DNA of 64,000 nucleotides. Source: Eledone cirrhosa. Taxonomy: Eukaryota. Positions 13,329-26,580 of this stretch are shown one piece after another. The stretch covers positions 134,230,001 through 134,294,000 of the forward strand of contig OZ024745.1 of assembly GCA_964016885.1 (NCBI GenBank), written 5' to 3'. The notes under the pieces are model-generated. The model was not told the origin of the DNA. It worked only from the letters and a program-made list of their open reading frames with translations, and ran no database searches. A program made the translations under genes and the position numbers. Position 1 is the first letter of the stretch. Each line of letters opens with the position of its first letter.

Positions 13329-13343
13329 AACGTCAGGTCACCA
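13329..13343 (-). promoter_or_regulatory. Primer binding site (tRNA-Trp-like)
   Basis: TGGTGACCTGACGTT, 1 nt inside the 5' LTR end; resembles the TGGTGACCCCGACGT Trp PBS. Confidence 0.75.
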
Positions 13344-13344
13344 A

Positions 13345-13849
13345 TTTAGGATATTAGTATCAGTGTATATATATTATCAAGAATGACAATAACTGCAGGT
13401 GAGTGTTGTGACAAGGTTTTACTTCACAGAAGTCAAATAAATTAATATTAATAATTTGTTACCACATGTAGATGTTCAGTTGGTCACAACTCCCAGACTG
13501 GAGTGTGTAGAGAAGAACAGAAATCTTCTCTTGGAGGTGTTCAAGTATTTCTTTAGGCTGCCGGTATTCTTCTTCTTGCGGGCGAAGGAAGTGAGACAGG
13601 AGTCATCTCTTGACAAGGTCTCAGGTATTCTTGTCCCTTCGAAGTTCAGGATGCGAGAGAGGCTTATGCCTTGGCAATCCTCGAATATATAGTCCCCAGG
13701 GGGACGCAACTCCATTTAGTACATGAATCTGCCAATGGGGGTCGCGCCTGTCGCAAAGGGACGTAACTCCTATACGTGCTGAGTTACGAGCGTCGTAAAG
13801 GGACGCAACTCCCATACGTGCTGAGTCACAGCCGTAAGGGGCCGCTACA
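13345..13849 (-). repeat. 5' LTR (505 bp)
   Basis: On the element strand it begins TGTAG and ends CCTAAA; bounded by the TSD and the PBS; internal ~42-bp repeats at about 13700-13830. Confidence 0.88.
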
Positions 13850-14986
13850 GCAGAATAGACATTGAACATTTGGCGGGTATAACTAGATAGCGGAATAGAC
13901 ATTGAACAAATATCCGAATCGATTAGACTATAAACCAAGATATTTGTTCGTATTGTCACCGACGCTAGCAGCTCAATTCACTGAACATAATGAAATTAAT
14001 ATGTATTTGACTAGCTTACTGTTGAGAACCGGGTAGGTTCCACCAAGCTCCTTTGCTTTGATAAATTACATGATGATGATGTCTTCTGTGATATTCCCGC
14101 AAGCTAATGAGTTTTAAATCTCCCCACCTATCATAAGGTAATATTAGAGTAGTAAAACTATAAATATTTCCATCAGTATCAAAAAACCTATTTTTGGTCG
14201 ATTCTTAACGAAACACTATCGCTTTCTTTTAATTAAAAAATATAACTGAAGACTATCTCACTTTTGCTCTCGGATCAGACCAAGTTTATCAATCGTATAC
14301 TAGTTATCACATGAAGCAACATTTAAAGCTTTTTTTTTATGTATATATTAGAAGATTTGACTGATTAATGGGGCGATGTATACATTTTCACTCTATCCAT
14401 GTACGCTTTGTGAGAGAACTTTATGTTTACTATTTGTAATACAAATAACGGTATTTTGACCTATGAAATAAAATAAAAATTAGAAATTATGTCAAGTATG
14501 TATGTTATGATGCTAAGTTAAGACGTTCTCTAAAGCAACCCTTTCTCTTTCGAACTTAAGGTCGATAGAAACAGAAGAGTCTGGATGTCTTAGATAAAAT
14601 AATTGATTTACTTAGACAAGATTTGAACTTTGAATCTTCAATAAGTCGATTTTTACTTTTATCACTCATGTGGCTTTGTATGAGATTAAAAAATCCTCAT
14701 TATCATTATTGTGTGAGTGAGAGTATGTCTATTGTTTCTCAGTGAGTGGGATTAAACCAGTACAAAACCTTTCCTCGCTATAAAAAGCTTCACATACAGG
14801 CCTCACTCGATATCATAGGATCTCTAGATGATGTGAATGACTAACTGTAGCCTTAAAAACTGACCTGATGGTAAAACACCGTATGTCACTTGCAGACCTA
14901 AAAAAAACGTTCACAACAGTCACACCACTCGAATTGATGTCGTCTGATGGCCATACCCGATCACGGGTTGACTGCCATCAGGTATC

Positions 14987-15031
14987 TATAGATATGTGCG
15001 TGTGTGTGTGTATATATATATATTTTGTATA

Positions 15032-15067
<36 letters not shown>

Positions 15068-15266
15068 CATATATATATATAGAGAGAGGGAGAGAGAGAG
15101 AGAGAGGGTGAGGCGGGAGAGAGAAATAGATATTGATAGATATGTATATATGAATGAATATATCTTTATATATATATACGTATGTGTATGTACATGTATA
15201 AATGTGCGATGTGTGTGTGTATTATGCGCATGTATATACGTGTGTGTTTGTGCGCGTGTGCGTATA
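14987..15266. repeat. (TG)/(TA)/(GA) compound microsatellite
   Basis: Directly visible. Confidence 0.9.
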
Positions 15267-16144
15267 TTCAATCGATCACATATGTAAGAATAGATCCTAG
15301 TTGGTCAATAACAGTTGATGTATTGTTGATGGAGACGAGAGGAGACGGAAAGAAGTAAATATTTAGCTTGTAGAATTTGAGACGTTGGTTAACATCAAAC
15401 TCTCAGCTTGACTTCTTTCTCTGCAAACTTTGCCAGAATACTCATTACTGCGAGTCTTTGCATTAATTATCTAAAGGAGACTACATATATATTGACTTTT
15501 ATTTCAAATTCTTCACAACGGGTTTTCGGGAACCACAAAGTATATAGTTAACAATAGAATATACGCAACGGATCTCGTGAATAATAATTGAAAACGGTGG
15601 GTGGATGTGTATATGTATGCGTAAAGCAGAACAAAATATATTTGTTGATTGTATATGTCCTCAGGGTTTCAGAGTGTTATTCTAATTTAAAACCTATAGA
15701 GTGAAGTAGACCGGTAAATCCCTGACGTACTTCAATAAATAATACCTCCGGGAAATGATTCTCTTTTTGGAAAATACATTGTCTTAGATTATCAATTCCT
15801 ATATTTTCTCTTCTTTCGCATAGATGTGATCAACATTGACGGTTTTCCCTTTCGAGAGTGAGAGAAATGAAATAAAATGCATTTAAATATTTATTTATTT
15901 GTCTTGTATTTTGTTGATTGGGTATAAGTCTATGAAAGCTCCAGAAGTCTTGAAAGAATGTAAGCTAATTTATAGACTCTTCTGATTTCAATGCACTTGT
16001 TGTTGTTGTTGTTCACAAACACACAATATATATATATATATTTGTGTGTGTGTGTGTGTAAAAGCTAAACAGAAATAACAACACAATCGGTACAGTATAT
16101 GGAAGGGATATATTAGGTTAACGCTTGATATAGCAGGAAGAGGG

Positions 16145-16180
16145 TCTTAACGTTTCGGACGCTAGTCCTTCATCAGAAGA
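16145..16180 (-). ncRNA. Minimal type I hammerhead ribozyme motif
   Basis: Minus strand: tctt-CTGATGA-a-ggac(tagc)gtcc-GAAAC-GTT|aaga. The palindromic aacgtt stem III is typical of dimer-type Penelope HHRs. Confidence 0.85.
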
Positions 16181-16907
16181 AAGAATGAGAAATAAGATAG
16201 ATTGTGGGAACGGGCGGGATGGAATTGGAAAAAATGTCTTTAGATAAAATTAACAGGTCCAATCATCTCTTATGCGAAGAAATACCAATGATGGCCAGAA
16301 GATCACTGATGACGGATAGTCCTGGTTTCTTGCTCTATTTTTTAATTCATATGTATCACATTCGCAACAACGCAGCACGCCATTTTTCATTCCTATATTT
16401 TTTCCCCTCGCTGTGACCTGTCTTTTTCTATTCCCTTCCTGCTATCCTCTTTCTCTCTCCCCCTTCTCTCTCCTTGTACCACTTACTTTCATTCACCCCC
16501 GCTGCTGGTGACCCTCTCTCGGCTGGCCTCTTCCTCACACTTTCACTCACTCACTCTCTGCTACTCCCCTCTCTCACTTCCTCCCGTCTGACCTGTGTGA
16601 AATCCTTTTCTCGCTTACATTTCGCAGGGTTCGGACGCGTCTTTCGTCTTCTCGTCAATGATTTGCTAGAACTTAAGTTCACATGTATCACTGACTTGTT
16701 TTCTCATTTTCCTCTCTTTACGTTGTCTGACCATTTTTGTTTGTTTACACTTCTCTCTTTCTCCACCCAATTCTTTTTATCCCAATAACTTATTTTAGTT
16801 ATTGTTCGCGCTGGCTTGAGGTATCTGGTCTTTAATGCGAAGAAATACCGATGATGGCCAGAAGATCACTGATGACGTATAGTCTTGGTTTCTTGCTCTA
16901 TTTTTTA

Positions 16908-16951
<44 letters not shown>

Positions 16952-16978
16952 GATAATATACGGGATTTTATATCTACG

Positions 16979-17093
16979 TACTCTGATGTGTTGACCAGAG
17001 GTAAATAATGTATTGGAGATGGAGTGACGCAACTTCAAGCGATTAGCGACCTCTAAACCTAGACTCATCTGATCAACGAAACAAATGTCAGTA
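16979..17093 (+). ncRNA. Hammerhead motif with long stem II, core mutated (CTGATGT)
   Basis: tact-CTGATGT-gttgaccag..ctgatcaac-GAAAC-aaat-GTC|agta; same pLTR family as 48222-48723. Confidence 0.65.
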
Positions 17094-17189
17094 ATTGAAA
17101 TAAAGCCTCTTATTGTACAGCCAACCATGTTACTCTTCATTCTTTCACTATATATATCAAAGAAGAGACATATACCATAAGAGTGAAAG

Positions 17190-17400
17190 AGAAAGAATTA
17201 TGATAAAATATATTAGGTGCCAATAGCCGATGCGAAGTGTGCTCAATACTTAGAGATGCAATGTTAAATATTATAGAAAGGTTAATATTTAATTAGTCAA
17301 TCGCAGAAGGTAAGCAGAGCAGGTATAAGTAAAAATAAATGGAGAAGTCAATATATTCAAAAACAAAATGTCCCCCTTACACAGTGTTTCATCTAGGCAT
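17190..17400 (-). mobile_element. Penelope-like terminal-repeat fragment related to 29262-29470
   Basis: Shares tgccaatagc.atgc..gtgctcaatact..tgttaaatatta..gttaatat..agcagagc with 29320-29450. Only the 3' half of an HHR (GAAACactgtGTA) is visible. Confidence 0.55.
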
Positions 17401-17420
17401 AATTACAATACAACAGGTCT

Positions 17421-17491
17421 TTATATATATATGTGTATGCATATATATATATATATTTATATACATATATGTATAAACATATACATATATG

Positions 17492-17544
<53 letters not shown>

Positions 17545-17781
17545 ATATATATATATGTATATATGTATGTATATATATATATGTATATATGTATGTATAT
17601 ATATATATGTATGTATATATATATATGTATATATGTATGTATATATATATATGTATATATGTATGTATATATATATATGTATATATATATGTATATATGT
17701 ATGTATATATATGTATATATGTATGTATATATGTATGTATATATATATATGTATATATATATATATTAATTTATATATATG
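17421..17781. repeat. (TA)/(TATG) microsatellite
   Basis: Directly visible. Confidence 0.95.
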
Positions 17782-18074
17782 GATTTGTTTCGCAGGGTTT
17801 TTGATATGAAATCGTGTGTTGAAACAAATATTGTTATACTGGGGGGGGGGGGGGTCATATGTTTATAATATTGCCAGAAATAATAACAGAACACACTCAC
17901 TGTTTGGTTGGTTTTCGCTTCTGTATCTTTTATATCTCCATAGTTCATTTTTAGCTGGCAATTAATTTTTATCATTGATTGACCAACAGTTAACAATACA
18001 GATATAAATATATATATACATAGTCTATCAATGTTCTTTCATCACACACCTGTGACATCATCAGTGGTACTATT

Positions 18075-18450
18075 ATGTTTCCTCTCATTATATTGTAATG
18101 TCGTGCCTTGCACCCGTTCGCGCCTCGCCAAATTAGAACAACTCCTCTTCAATTTCTTCTGAAGGGGACATGTTTCGTTGGAGAGGCGGTCAATCTGTTG
18201 CCAGCACCCTATATGCGGAGGGCTGGGCCTGCCGTGGCTAATGATGCGCAAACATAGGCTGAGGCTGCAGCATCTCCAGATATTCTGCCTACACAATGAA
18301 CAGGTGTGGTCGCCATTTGTCAGACGGGACTTTTCACAGCTCGTCTCTTTGACTGAGCTGCAGCCCTGTGTCAAGAAAAGACCCAGACTAGGTGCCTGCA
18401 TCTGGAATGTTGCCAGGCACTCACTGCCCTCTACCAGGCGGGCAATGTGG
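18075..18450 (+). mobile_element. Tx1/L1-type LINE ORF2 fragment (post-RT region)
   Basis: Translation LEQLLFNFF*RGHVSLERRSICCQHPICGGLGLPWL..LRLQHL..W matches the F.W...GGLG.P pattern after L1/Tx1 RT. Confidence 0.65.
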
Positions 18451-20087
18451 TCAGTGGAACAATGTTGGTGTGTGTGTGTGTATAACTGTATACTTGCATA
18501 AGTTCCCGTATTAATATTCCTGCTTATGTGTCTCCTTCTTCGTGTCTACCCATGTTTTTGTATTCGTATTTTTTCTCCAGCCAAGGAACAGTTAATGAAG
18601 TGGGGAGTGGGGGTGATAGAGAATGTAAATTACTTCAAGAGAATTTGTCTTTCTTTTTGTCTTCTACTTCATAATTTAATTGGTGTTTCTGAATTTCTAC
18701 ACGTTTAGAGAGGGGGGGGGGGCTTCTCGGGTGCAAATACAAAAATGTTGCGACTTTGATGAGACTGAAAATTGAACCCCTGCGTTTCATTAGAAAGGAA
18801 ACACGAAAATTCTCTTTCTGCTTACTAGCTATGGCGAAAGAAGTTGTATAGTAAATAAGTCTAAAAGGTTCCAGGGTAGGAAGTTTCCCCTTCAGTCAAA
18901 CCCTCAATAAGAGGAGGGTATGGAGGGAGATTTGCCTTCTAGTTTTTTTTTTGTTTTGTTTTTTTGTTTAATGAAAGATGGATGAGGGCAGCGAGATTAA
19001 CAAGGCTAGACCTACTCAAGGTTTGAACTGGGAAGGTAAAAGGACAAAGAGCAGACGACACTGTATCACTCTGTTCATTACGACTATCTTTTGTGTTACT
19101 GGCCCTAGAAATATAACTTTTAAAACACTATACCATCTCACAACCTTATCGAGAAAGAATGTAGAAAAATCTATTTCTTTAATACGGGGATTTCATCTAG
19201 GTTTTTATCTTCTCAATACCTTTGTCTCGTTGTTATAGCTTTTCTTGATAGTGATGTTGAAGAAGATTATGATGATAGCTTCTTTATTGTTACTGTTGAT
19301 AATGATGATGATGTTTTTTGTTGTTTCTTAATGTTAGTGGCGGCGACGTAATAGAGCTCTTGTTATTTCAAAACTTTTAGGATAGAAAAATAAATAACCT
19401 TCATAAAATGCGTAGAGCATGAACTATGGAACATTATACCTACTTTAACCTTTGTGTTTGTTGTTATAGTTGATGTAGTTGTCATGAGTCATGTTTCTAT
19501 CATTCAGTTTTGTTTTGTTTTAGTTTTCTTTTGTTGTTGTTGTTATTGTTTGTGTTAACTTTTGCGGATATTTTTTTTTATGAAAGAAAATAAATGTTTG
19601 GTATTTTTATTTATACTTGTGTTCTAAATAAAACATCATAATAAAACTTTAGAATTAATAAAACAATGATGGCTTCTAACATAGACACGTGGGTCCAAAT
19701 AACAATATGACTGGGAGAAAATAGCTGAGGAGGGTTAGTATAACGATAGAGTCCCTCTTATGTAAAATTATGAAGTGAAAAAAAAGCCCAATTAGTAGGA
19801 AATCATCAAGCAATTAATAGACAACAACTCCCTCTAGGGGTGTTTGAAATCTGAAAACAAAGGAGATAACTCCAATAAGATTAGTTAATTGAATTTTGTA
19901 GACAAAATAGACAATTTGAGTATCTATTCTTTTAGTAGAAAACATTTCTCTCTTTCTGTTGTCATTCTCGCTGTATAACTTTGGTGTGGGTAATTGTAGC
20001 AGATGGAGTCCATGAGAAATTGTATTTACTCCCGGATCTCGAATAATCGCCGCACAACAGCTTATTAATTTTCCATTATTATTTTCC

Positions 20088-20113
20088 ATATATTATATAT
20101 ATATATAATATAT

Positions 20114-20168
<55 letters not shown>

Positions 20169-20716
20169 TATATATATTATATATATTATATATATATATA
20201 TATTTTATATATATTATATATATATATATTATAGTAATAATATATATATATGTTATAGTAATAATATTTTATATATATTATAGTAATAATATATATATAT
20301 GTTATAGTAATAATATTTTATATATATTATATATATTATATATATATATTTTATATATATTATATATATATATATTATAGTAATAATATATATATATGTT
20401 ATAGTAATAATATTTTATATATATTATATATATTATATATATTATATATATATATATATATTATAGTAATAATATTTTAATAAATATATATATATAATAT
20501 ATATTTTATATATATTATATATATATATATTATATATATATTATATATATATATATATTATATATATATTATATTGTATATATATATATTATATTATATA
20601 TATATATATTATATTATATATATATATATTATATATATATATATATATTATATATATATATATATATTATATTTATATATATTATATATATATATATATA
20701 TTATATATTATATTTA

Positions 20717-20805
<89 letters not shown>

Positions 20806-21383
20806 TATATTTATATATATATATACTATATTTATATATATTATATATATATATATATTATATATATATTATATATATATATATATATTATATATATATA
20901 TTATACATTATTCGCAGTACGGTAGAAGGTCGGACGCCATGCTTTCTACCATAGTTACGTCCCTTTACATTCTGAGTTCAAATCCCGCCGAGGTTAACTT
21001 TGCCTTTCATCCTTATGGGGTCGATAAAATAAAGTACCAGTAATGCACTGGTTAATTCCTGGCCTTGTGCCTAAAGTAGAAACAATTATATATATATATA
21101 TATTATATATATTATATATATATATATTATAAATATATATATATATATATATTATATATAATATATATATTATATATATTATATATATATATATATATAT
21201 ATTATATATTATATATATATATTATATATATATATATTATATATATTATATATTATATATATTATATAAAATATATATATATATATATTATATATTATAT
21301 ATATATATATATATAATATATAATATATAATATACATATAGTATATATATTATAAAATATATATATATATATAGTATATATAT

Positions 21384-21420
<37 letters not shown>
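20088..21420. repeat. Long imperfect (TA)n tract interrupted by a SINE
   Basis: Directly visible. Confidence 0.95.
20911..21088 (+). mobile_element. SINE family A, near full length
   Basis: Head, B-box, central domain and tail all present. Confidence 0.88.
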
Positions 21421-21422
<2 letters not shown>

Positions 21423-21676
21423 GTATGTATACGTACATACATATATGTATACAGACGTACAGTAGTATGTATATATATGTACGTATAAATACTTATATTT
21501 AAGTAACAGCCGTACTAAGAGTGGAAAATGAAATTTCGTTTCATTTTTTTTCGTTTATCGTGTTCGGTGCACCCGGCCGATTAACCCACTCGATATGCAA
21601 ATTAGGCTGATCAGCCGTTAATATGCATAAGGAAAGTATATACTTTCAGACGTTCAATCATCTGGCAAGAAGGTAT

Positions 21677-21719
21677 ACGTTGCTGACGATAGCTAATAAG
21701 CTTGAAACTAGTACAGCGT
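21677..21719 (+). ncRNA. Minimal type I hammerhead ribozyme motif
   Basis: acgttg-CTGACGA-t-agc(taataa)gct-t-GAAAC-ta-GTA|cagcgt. Stem I pairs over 6 bp; stem III is the palindrome actagt. Confidence 0.85.
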
Positions 21720-21723
21720 TCCT

Positions 21724-22923
21724 TTGTCAGTGTTGTCACAATCTAATCACCCTAAATCTATCCTTAAAAACCTTGCATATAATATATCACTTAGAATTTC
21801 TAACCTTTCTTCTAACCAAGATGTATTTGATAAAAATGCGACCTTCTATAACGAAGCTCTAGATAGAAGTGGCCACAAAAATAAAGTAGAGTATATACCT
21901 TCTACTAAAAATACTGAAAGCATACAACATAATATTACCAACAAACACCAAATGAAAAGTACACACCTAAATGCCACCCACACTATACCCCAAAATACCA
22001 AATCTTCTAATATAAAGTATAGTAACTCTCAAAAAACTACTCATCATACAACTCTAATAAATATTAATAATAAAACTCCTAATAAAAAGGATAAAACACC
22101 TAAATCTACAAATATAACTAAAAATAGTCGTGGTGAGATCATTAACATTAATCCTCCTAGTAAAAATCACGATACAACCTATAAAAATAATAAAAATAAT
22201 AAACAACATAGAAACCGTAATAGACGGGTTACTTGGTATAATGCTCCTTTTAATTTACAAGTTAAGGATAATATTGCTAAAAAATTTTTTTATATCCTTG
22301 AGAAAAACTTCCCGCCAAACCACAAATACCATCAAATCTTAAATAGGTCTACAGTTAAATTCTCATACTCTACAACAAATAACATAAAACAAAATATAAG
22401 TGCATATAATGCATATAAATGTAAGAAAACCATAAGTATACCACCAGTACATCAAATTAACCATAATATCTCCTCAAATACAGAATTAACGAAAGGATGT
22501 AACTGTAGAAACAAAGCAAACTGCCCATTAAAAGGGAATTGTCTTGTTAACAACATAGTCTATAAATGTAATGTTAAAACTAAAGATTCTATTTGCTCAT
22601 ATATAGGAGCTACCTCTAACAATTTTAAGACAAGGTTTAATACCCACAAGCATAGTTTTAAAAATGCCGCACTGGCTAATACAACATCTCTAGCTGAAAA
22701 AATCAATAGTTATAAAAATAAGAATATAAAATATGATTTGACCTGGAGTGTGCTCAAAAGAGCCACCCCTTATCAAAATAATAGAAATGAATGTAGATTA
22801 TGTTCCCAAAAACTATTTGAAATAATGAAGTCTAAGGATATCTTATTAAATAAACGACAGGAATTAATTATATCGTGTAATCATAAACTAAAAAAAACAT
22901 TTAAATATTATAAACCTAATTAA
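21724..22923 (+). pseudogene. PLE RT thumb + Cys-rich linker + GIY-YIG endonuclease (N-terminally truncated, frame open for 399 aa)
   Basis: SNHP..ILKNL..RISNLSS..FYNEAL..SG; RRVTWYN.PF; CNCRNKANCPLKGNC; IVYKC..YIGAT..FKTRF..H; CRLC; LNKRQE..CNH. Confidence 0.92.
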
Positions 22924-23394
22924 CAACATTATTTTAGAAATTAATTTAATTTAAATGTTAGTTAACCTATAAATTTAATTTAATTAAAATTTTATTACAG
23001 ATCAGAATATAAAATATTATGTAATCATAAATTGTGAAAAACCTTTAAATATTACTAATATATACTTAGTAATATAATTTATAGATTAATTTTAACTTAT
23101 TTAAACCTTTTATTATTTTTATTATAATTCTTTTACAGATAAAATATAACAAAATAATATCGTGTATCCAACGACAGAGAAATAATTTTTAGTATTATTG
23201 ACCTAATTAATATACATTTTAGAATTATATTTATAATTTGGTTTTAGTTTTAATCAACCTAAAAATTTAATTTTAATTTGCTTAAAATTAATATCCTTAT
23301 ACAGACGAATTGCAGAATGTCATGTAATCATAGAATGGGAAGTGTTTTGGATATATACCTAGTTAATATATTCTATGCAATTTTTTGAAAAAGA

Positions 23395-24600
23395 TATGTA
23401 TATGTATATGTGTATGTGTATGTGTGTGTGTATGTATATGTGTATATATGTATATATATGTATATATATGTGTATGTATATATATGTATATATGTATGTG
23501 TATGTATATGTATATATGTGCGTATTAATTTTGATTTCTATTTGCATATAATTATATTATGCTATTGATGAAATACAATATCTGCTTTATGTATTGTATA
23601 CCTAATTAACATATACTATAGAAATAAATATATAATTTTTAATTTTAGTTAACCTATAATTTATATTCTACTACCAATGTACTACTTTATTTTACTTGTT
23701 TTTTTCCCTATTACTAATTTCATTTCCTAATATTGATACCATAACGTTATTAACTTTAATTTAGTTTTACTGTAATTAATACTCTACTACTATTTAATTT
23801 CAAAATTCCGCTTCAAATATTATAAACCTAACTAATTTACACCTTAGAAATCAATATGTTAACTATCTTTGGTTTAGTTAACATATAATTAATGGTATAC
23901 TTGTTTATTTTGAGATGCATAGATTTTGCCTTAGTTTTTGTTTGTTGTGTTTCCTAACACTGAAAATATGTAAAAACATACATTGGATAAAGATACTGAA
24001 AATATTCTATGTTTCTTGAAACATATATTTACTTTGATCCCCTTCTCCAAACCCCCCCTTTCCCCCATACTATTATCATCTGTATTTGTAAGCGTCTATG
24101 TATGAATATATATGTAGGTAGGTGTCTATATAGGTTTGGGTATTTATATCTAAATATAAAAATACATATATGCGCATGCAAATATGAATGTAAGATTGTG
24201 TGTGTATATATGAGTGTGTGTATGTATGTATATGTGTGTATATATGCATGTATATATGTATGTGTATGTGAATGTGTGTAAGTATATGTGTATGTATATG
24301 TATATATGTGTATATGTATATGTATATGTGTATATATAGGAATATATATATGTATATATATATGTATATATATATATGCGTGTGTATGTATGTGTGTGTA
24401 TGTGTGTTGTATATATATGTATGTCTCTCTATTTATATATTTATATATCTATCTCCGTATCTATGTGATATATGTGTGTGTATGTGCATGTATGCACATA
24501 TATGTGTTTATGTGTATATATGTGTATGTATGTATATATGTGTGTGTGCATGCACACATATATATATATGTGCGTGTGTATATGTGTCTGTGTATATGTA

Positions 24601-24634
<34 letters not shown>

Positions 24635-24696
24635 GGTGTCTATGTGTGAATATATGTCTATATTCATATGTGTGTATAAGTGTATGTATATGTTTG

Positions 24697-24743
<47 letters not shown>

Positions 24744-24752
24744 ATATATATA

Positions 24753-24785
<33 letters not shown>

Positions 24786-24908
24786 TATTTTTTATTATTA
24801 TAATATAACTTATGTGTATGTGTGTATAAGTGAAGTTGTGTATATGTATATAATATATGTATATATAAATGTAAAAAAATATATATATATGTGCATGTCT
24901 GTTTTTTA

Positions 24909-24961
<53 letters not shown>

Positions 24962-25061
24962 GTGTGTATATATATGTATATGTGGGTGTTTGTATGTGTA
25001 TTTATGGTGGTATGAATGTGTGGATATCTATGTATATATATATATATATGTATGTATGAGT

Positions 25062-25127
<66 letters not shown>

Positions 25128-25509
25128 GTGTATGTGTGTATATATATATCTCTATTAATGCGTGTGTGTATGTATATACATATGCCTTTTTATTATTATT
25201 TTTATTTGTATGTCTGAGTTAGGTGAGGTTGTAGTGGTTTTTTATGTATATACGCATATATGGATGCGTATGTATTTGTATATATGAGTATAAGTAAGTG
25301 CATATGTATGTATGATTAAATTTCTAATTCTATGTATGAATATACATGTATATATATGTGTGTATGTAAGTTGTGTGTGTTTGTATGTATATGCCTATGT
25401 GTGTATATATATATATATATATGTATATTGATGTACGTATATGTATGTACATGTATGTCTATATATGTGTGTATGTATGTGTATGTATATTTAGGTGTAT
25501 GTGTATGTG

Positions 25510-25560
<51 letters not shown>

Positions 25561-25812
25561 GTGTGTGTATATATATATGTATATATCTTTATTATTTATT
25601 TTTTATATATATGTGTATGTGTGTATGTGTTGCGTGTGTGTGTGTGTGTGTGTATATATATCTTTATATATGTGTATGTGTATGTTCGTGTAGATGTATA
25701 TGTGTGTGTATGACTTTATATGTATGTGTGTATGTATGTATGCGTAAATATTTCTATATATGTGTGTACATGTATGTATGTGTATATATCTGTATGTGTA
25801 TGTATGTGTATT

Positions 25813-25843
<31 letters not shown>

Positions 25844-25885
25844 GTATATGTATGTTATATATATATATGTATGTATATGAATATA

Positions 25886-25945
<60 letters not shown>

Positions 25946-26502
25946 TTTCTATTTGTATATGTATGTGTGTATAGGTATATACCTTTCTCTTTGTATTTCT
26001 ATGTTGTGTGATAGTGTAGTGGTGTTTGTATGTATATACCAATATATAGATGCGTAAGTATTTGTCTGTATGTATATATGTAAGTCTGTATATATTTATG
26101 TGTATATATAGCTATGTATGTGTATATCTGTATGTATATTAGTATGTAAGTGTTGTATATGTGCATGTATGTGTGTAGTTATATATATCTGTGTCTGTAT
26201 AGTATGTGTGATTATATGTATATGTGTGTGTATATGTACGTGTATATGCATATATATGTATATATATGTGTATATATATATATATATATGTGTGTATATA
26301 TATGTGTATGTGTATTTGTATGTATATGTATGTATGTATGCATGTGTGTATATGTATAGGTTTATATATGTGTATGTATGTATGTTCTTAGTGTGGATGT
26401 GTGTATATGTATGTATGTGTTTATATATGTGTGTATATTTATGTATGGATGTGTGAGTGTCTATGTGTATATATATGTATGTTTTTTTTATATATATATA
26501 TA

Positions 26503-26545
<43 letters not shown>

Positions 26546-26580
26546 ATATATGTGTATGTGTGTATATTTATTTTCTTGAT
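23395..26580. repeat. Degenerate (TG)/(TA)/(TATG) microsatellite region (~3 kb, with an AT-rich gap at about 23550-24100)
   Basis: Directly visible; source of the many spurious Y/I/V/C/M ORFs. Confidence 0.92.

Larger units (their letters stand above)
9239..13849 (-). mobile_element. Ty3/Gypsy LTR retrotransposon, CsRn1-clade-like, defective
   Basis: Order gag-PR(FLVDTGA)-RT([22 protein letters not shown])-RH(DASD, DHKPL)-IN(HPG, DLVGP, TDRG, ERFHRQLK). 4-bp TSD gcag at 9235-9238 and 13850-13853. tRNA-Trp-like PBS and a CHCC-type gag knuckle (CWYH..PC). Confidence 0.93.

Noticed and set aside
8900-14010. Possible decayed minus-strand ORF interrupted by the Gypsy element (NRFGYLFNVYSAI*LYLGVFDNF..)
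   Set aside because: Several stops and no motif I can assign with confidence.
18015-18070. Minus-strand CTGATGA-t-gtcac..gtgat-GAAAG as a hammerhead
   Set aside because: Core and stem II are present, but stems III and I pair only weakly; kept out of the count.
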